From the NCBI GenBank assembly GCA_038894195.1, contig JAWAPZ010000001.1, forward strand, positions 14,725 to 78,724: 64,000 bases of DNA, given 5' to 3'. Below are positions 62,255 through 64,000 of this stretch, piece after piece (the stretch's first letter is position 1; every line of letters starts with the position of its first letter). Origin of the DNA: Candidatus Pacearchaeota archaeon. GTDB lineage: Archaea; Nanobdellota; Nanobdellia; Pacearchaeales; UBA284. The notes beneath the pieces are model-generated. The model had not been told where the DNA came from, did no database searches, and was given only the letters and a program-made list of their open reading frames with translations. Both the position numbers and the translations under genes were made by a program.

Positions 62255-64000
62255 TTAAAAGATTTCCTTACAAACATTACCTATGCATTTGCATGAGCCT
62301 GGAAAAGCTTCACAAACAAAATTTCTGTATCCACAGATTTCCTCTTTGTTGATGCAACCACAACCACACATCCATTTACAGTCATTATCCGTTTCACAAG
62401 ATCTATTGCAAAAATCAGGATCCTCCTGATTACAAGAAACGTTTACTCTACCTGACCCCAAAATAAAAAATTCATTTGAGTAAGCTCTTCTAAACCCATT
62501 AGTGTCTTTTGATTCCTTGTATCTTATAAGTATTATATACTTTCCTGGATCAGCTTGAACGAGTTCTCTTCTTACATCATCCCATCCTTTTTGATTCCAA
62601 ATAAAATTTATTGATTCGTGCGCAGCCAGTTCTTTATAAATAACCTCTCCAGCACCTTCAACTGCACCACAAATTGGTTCATAAGGTATTACTTGGTTCC
62701 ATTGAGTAAGCTCATCCACTTCTGAGTAATTAAGGTAGAAATAAATTTCATAAGGTTTGCTTTCACAAGCAAATCGCTCAGCTACATAAAATATTGGTTT
62801 ATTTAAATTATTTTTTACTTTTATTTTTACATCTTCTCCCTGCTTATATTCTTTTTTGTCTGTGGTAACACTTATATTTTCATTGATTTTGTGACTTGTT
62901 TTCGATGAAGAAATTACAACAAAGTCTTGGATAGAAATTCCAAATTCTTGAGACAAAATAATTCTTTGCTGTTCGGTATCAAATACTCTTAGTAAGTTTT
63001 TAAAAGCAATAAATAAATATTTATCTTTTTGTTTGATGATTGCCTTACTCCAATATCCAGCATTTCCTAATTCTAAATCAGTGAAATTTGTAAATGAAAT
63101 ATTATCATTTTCACTATTAATTTTTGCTAAATAATATTTATTGTTTTTTTGAACAACAGCCCAAATAGGTGGGAGCTCGGTTACTGCCAGGATTTCTGTG
63201 TTTTCAGTTCCTTCCCGTAATTGATTTCGCAATATGTATCGTCCATGTTCGTATATATGTTGCACTTTTCGAGGTGTTTTTCCTTCTTTTATGGGGTAAA
63301 TATGAACATTCTGATAAGAGCCGATCGTAGTGCCTTCAGATTGTATAACACACCATTGATCAAATTCAGGATTCAGCCACTGTCCTACTAGATGTTGATT
63401 GATCCCTTGGACTTCAATTTGTTCCTTTATTTTAATGTTGCTTGGATTTTCAATATTTACACGAAATAAGTATGTGGGAATTAACCTATTATCAAGCAAA
63501 TAAGCATTGTTATCATAGATTAATATGTCGTGCGCATTCTTGTTTGTATTATAAATTTTTAATTCAACCCTACTGAGTTGATTTAAATTTTTGTTAAAAA
63601 CTATTAAAGAGCCATTTGCCGAGACGAAAATATTTTTCCCGTCTGTTGCTAATGAACTAATTAAACAGGATTCTGCACCTGTTCCTTCTTCCCATTCAAT
63701 TTCTTTTTCTTTTTCAAAATTTGAATTAAAACGCGTAATTTTACAAATACCTGCTTCTCTATGAGCAACAAAAAGATAATCCCTTGCAACTATAATTTTA
63801 AAAATTGTTGGTAGTGAGGATACATTAATGCTGGTCTCTGGAACCATCATTCCTAAAGAGGAGTCATAATATAAACCAATTAAGTTTTTACTATCTGTGA
63901 TTATTAAATTTGGAAATGAATTCTTTTGAGTTGTGGGTTTTCGCAAAAAAATAATTGCTAAGATCACACCAACTATAATTATCCCGATAGTAATGATTAA
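62255..64000 (-). CDS. secreted beta-propeller-like protein with C-terminal Cys-rich module; 5' end truncated by the window edge
   Basis: The ORF-track start (63967) is a GTG inside an open frame. That frame continues to position 64000 as a hydrophobic helix (..LIITIGIIIVGVILAIIFL), so the true start lies beyond the window. The C-terminal 61 aa contain 13 Cys. Confidence 0.6.
   Translation of the reverse strand, partial: LIITIGIIIVGVILAIIFLRKPTTQKNSFPNLIITDSKNLIGLYYDSSLGMMVPETSINVSSLPTIFKIIVARDYLFVAHREAGICKITRFNSNFEKEKEIEWEEGTGAESCLISSLATDGKNIFVSANGSLIVFNKNLNQLSRVELKIYNTNKNAHDILIYDNNAYLLDNRLIPTYLFRVNIENPSNIKIKEQIEVQGINQHLVGQWLNPEFDQWCVIQSEGTTIGSYQNVHIYPIKEGKTPRKVQHIYEHGRYILRNQLREGTENTEILAVTELPPIWAVVQKNNKYYLAKINSENDNISFTNFTDLELGNAGYWSKAIIKQKDKYLFIAFKNLLRVFDTEQQRIILSQEFGISIQDFVVISSSKTSHKINENISVTTDKKEYKQGEDVKIKVKNNLNKPIFYVAERFACESKPYEIYFYLNYSEVDELTQWNQVIPYEPICGAVEGAGEVIYKELAAHESINFIWNQKGWDDVRRELVQADPGKYIILIRYKESKDTNGFRRAYSNEFFILGSGRVNVSCNQEDPDFCNRSCETDNDCKWMCGCGCINKEEICGYRNFVCEAFPGSCKCIGNVCKEIF

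Noticed and set aside
1-64000. Scan for rRNA, RNase P RNA, SRP RNA, C/D-box or H/ACA sRNAs in GC-enriched islands
   Set aside because: Apart from the three tRNAs and the 10794-10851 hairpin, I found no GC-rich structured segment and no convincing box C (RUGAUGA) / box D (CUGA) pairing. A covariance-model scan would be needed to exclude small RNAs.

Overview
AT-rich archaeal window. Assignment to a DPANN-type lineage (Woesearchaeota/Pacearchaeota-like) is inference only. The archaeal core is clear: aRF1, the rpoE'-spt4-S24e-S27ae cluster, RNase P Pop5, ScpA/ScpB, an Fcf1-like PIN protein, family-B DNA polymerase, FEN1, RNase HII and ValRS. There are three tRNAs, two with introns. Bacterial-type genes sit among these: gyrB/gyrA, Zn-lid adenylate kinase, PPDK, signal peptidase II and a Na/Pi cotransporter. 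Roughly a third of the window encodes very large secreted or membrane-anchored proteins rich in Cys, Asn and N-x-S/T sequons (897 aa, 748 aa, 3661 aa, 639 aa and a >570 aa gene truncated at the right edge). No rRNA, CRISPR array, transposase, integrase or reverse transcriptase was seen. Leads in priority order: (1) a compact minus-strand operon at 55974-60333 with three unrecognisable proteins and an endonuclease-IV-like TIM barrel split by a ~225-aa insertion, next to a minimal nucleotidyltransferase; (2) a 41-bp tandem array of perfect 8-bp-arm palindromes in the divergent promoter region at 4167-4314; (3) a tRNA-Pro with a 55-nt intron in the T-loop (59/60) and a textbook bulge-helix-bulge; (4) an initiator-like tRNA-Met with C33 and an extra T-stem nucleotide; (5) an AbiEii/AbiEi pair in reversed order directly upstream of the 3661-aa surface-protein locus; (6) a bacterial-type LspA in an archaeal context. 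All functional calls come from motif recognition by eye. No database search was run.
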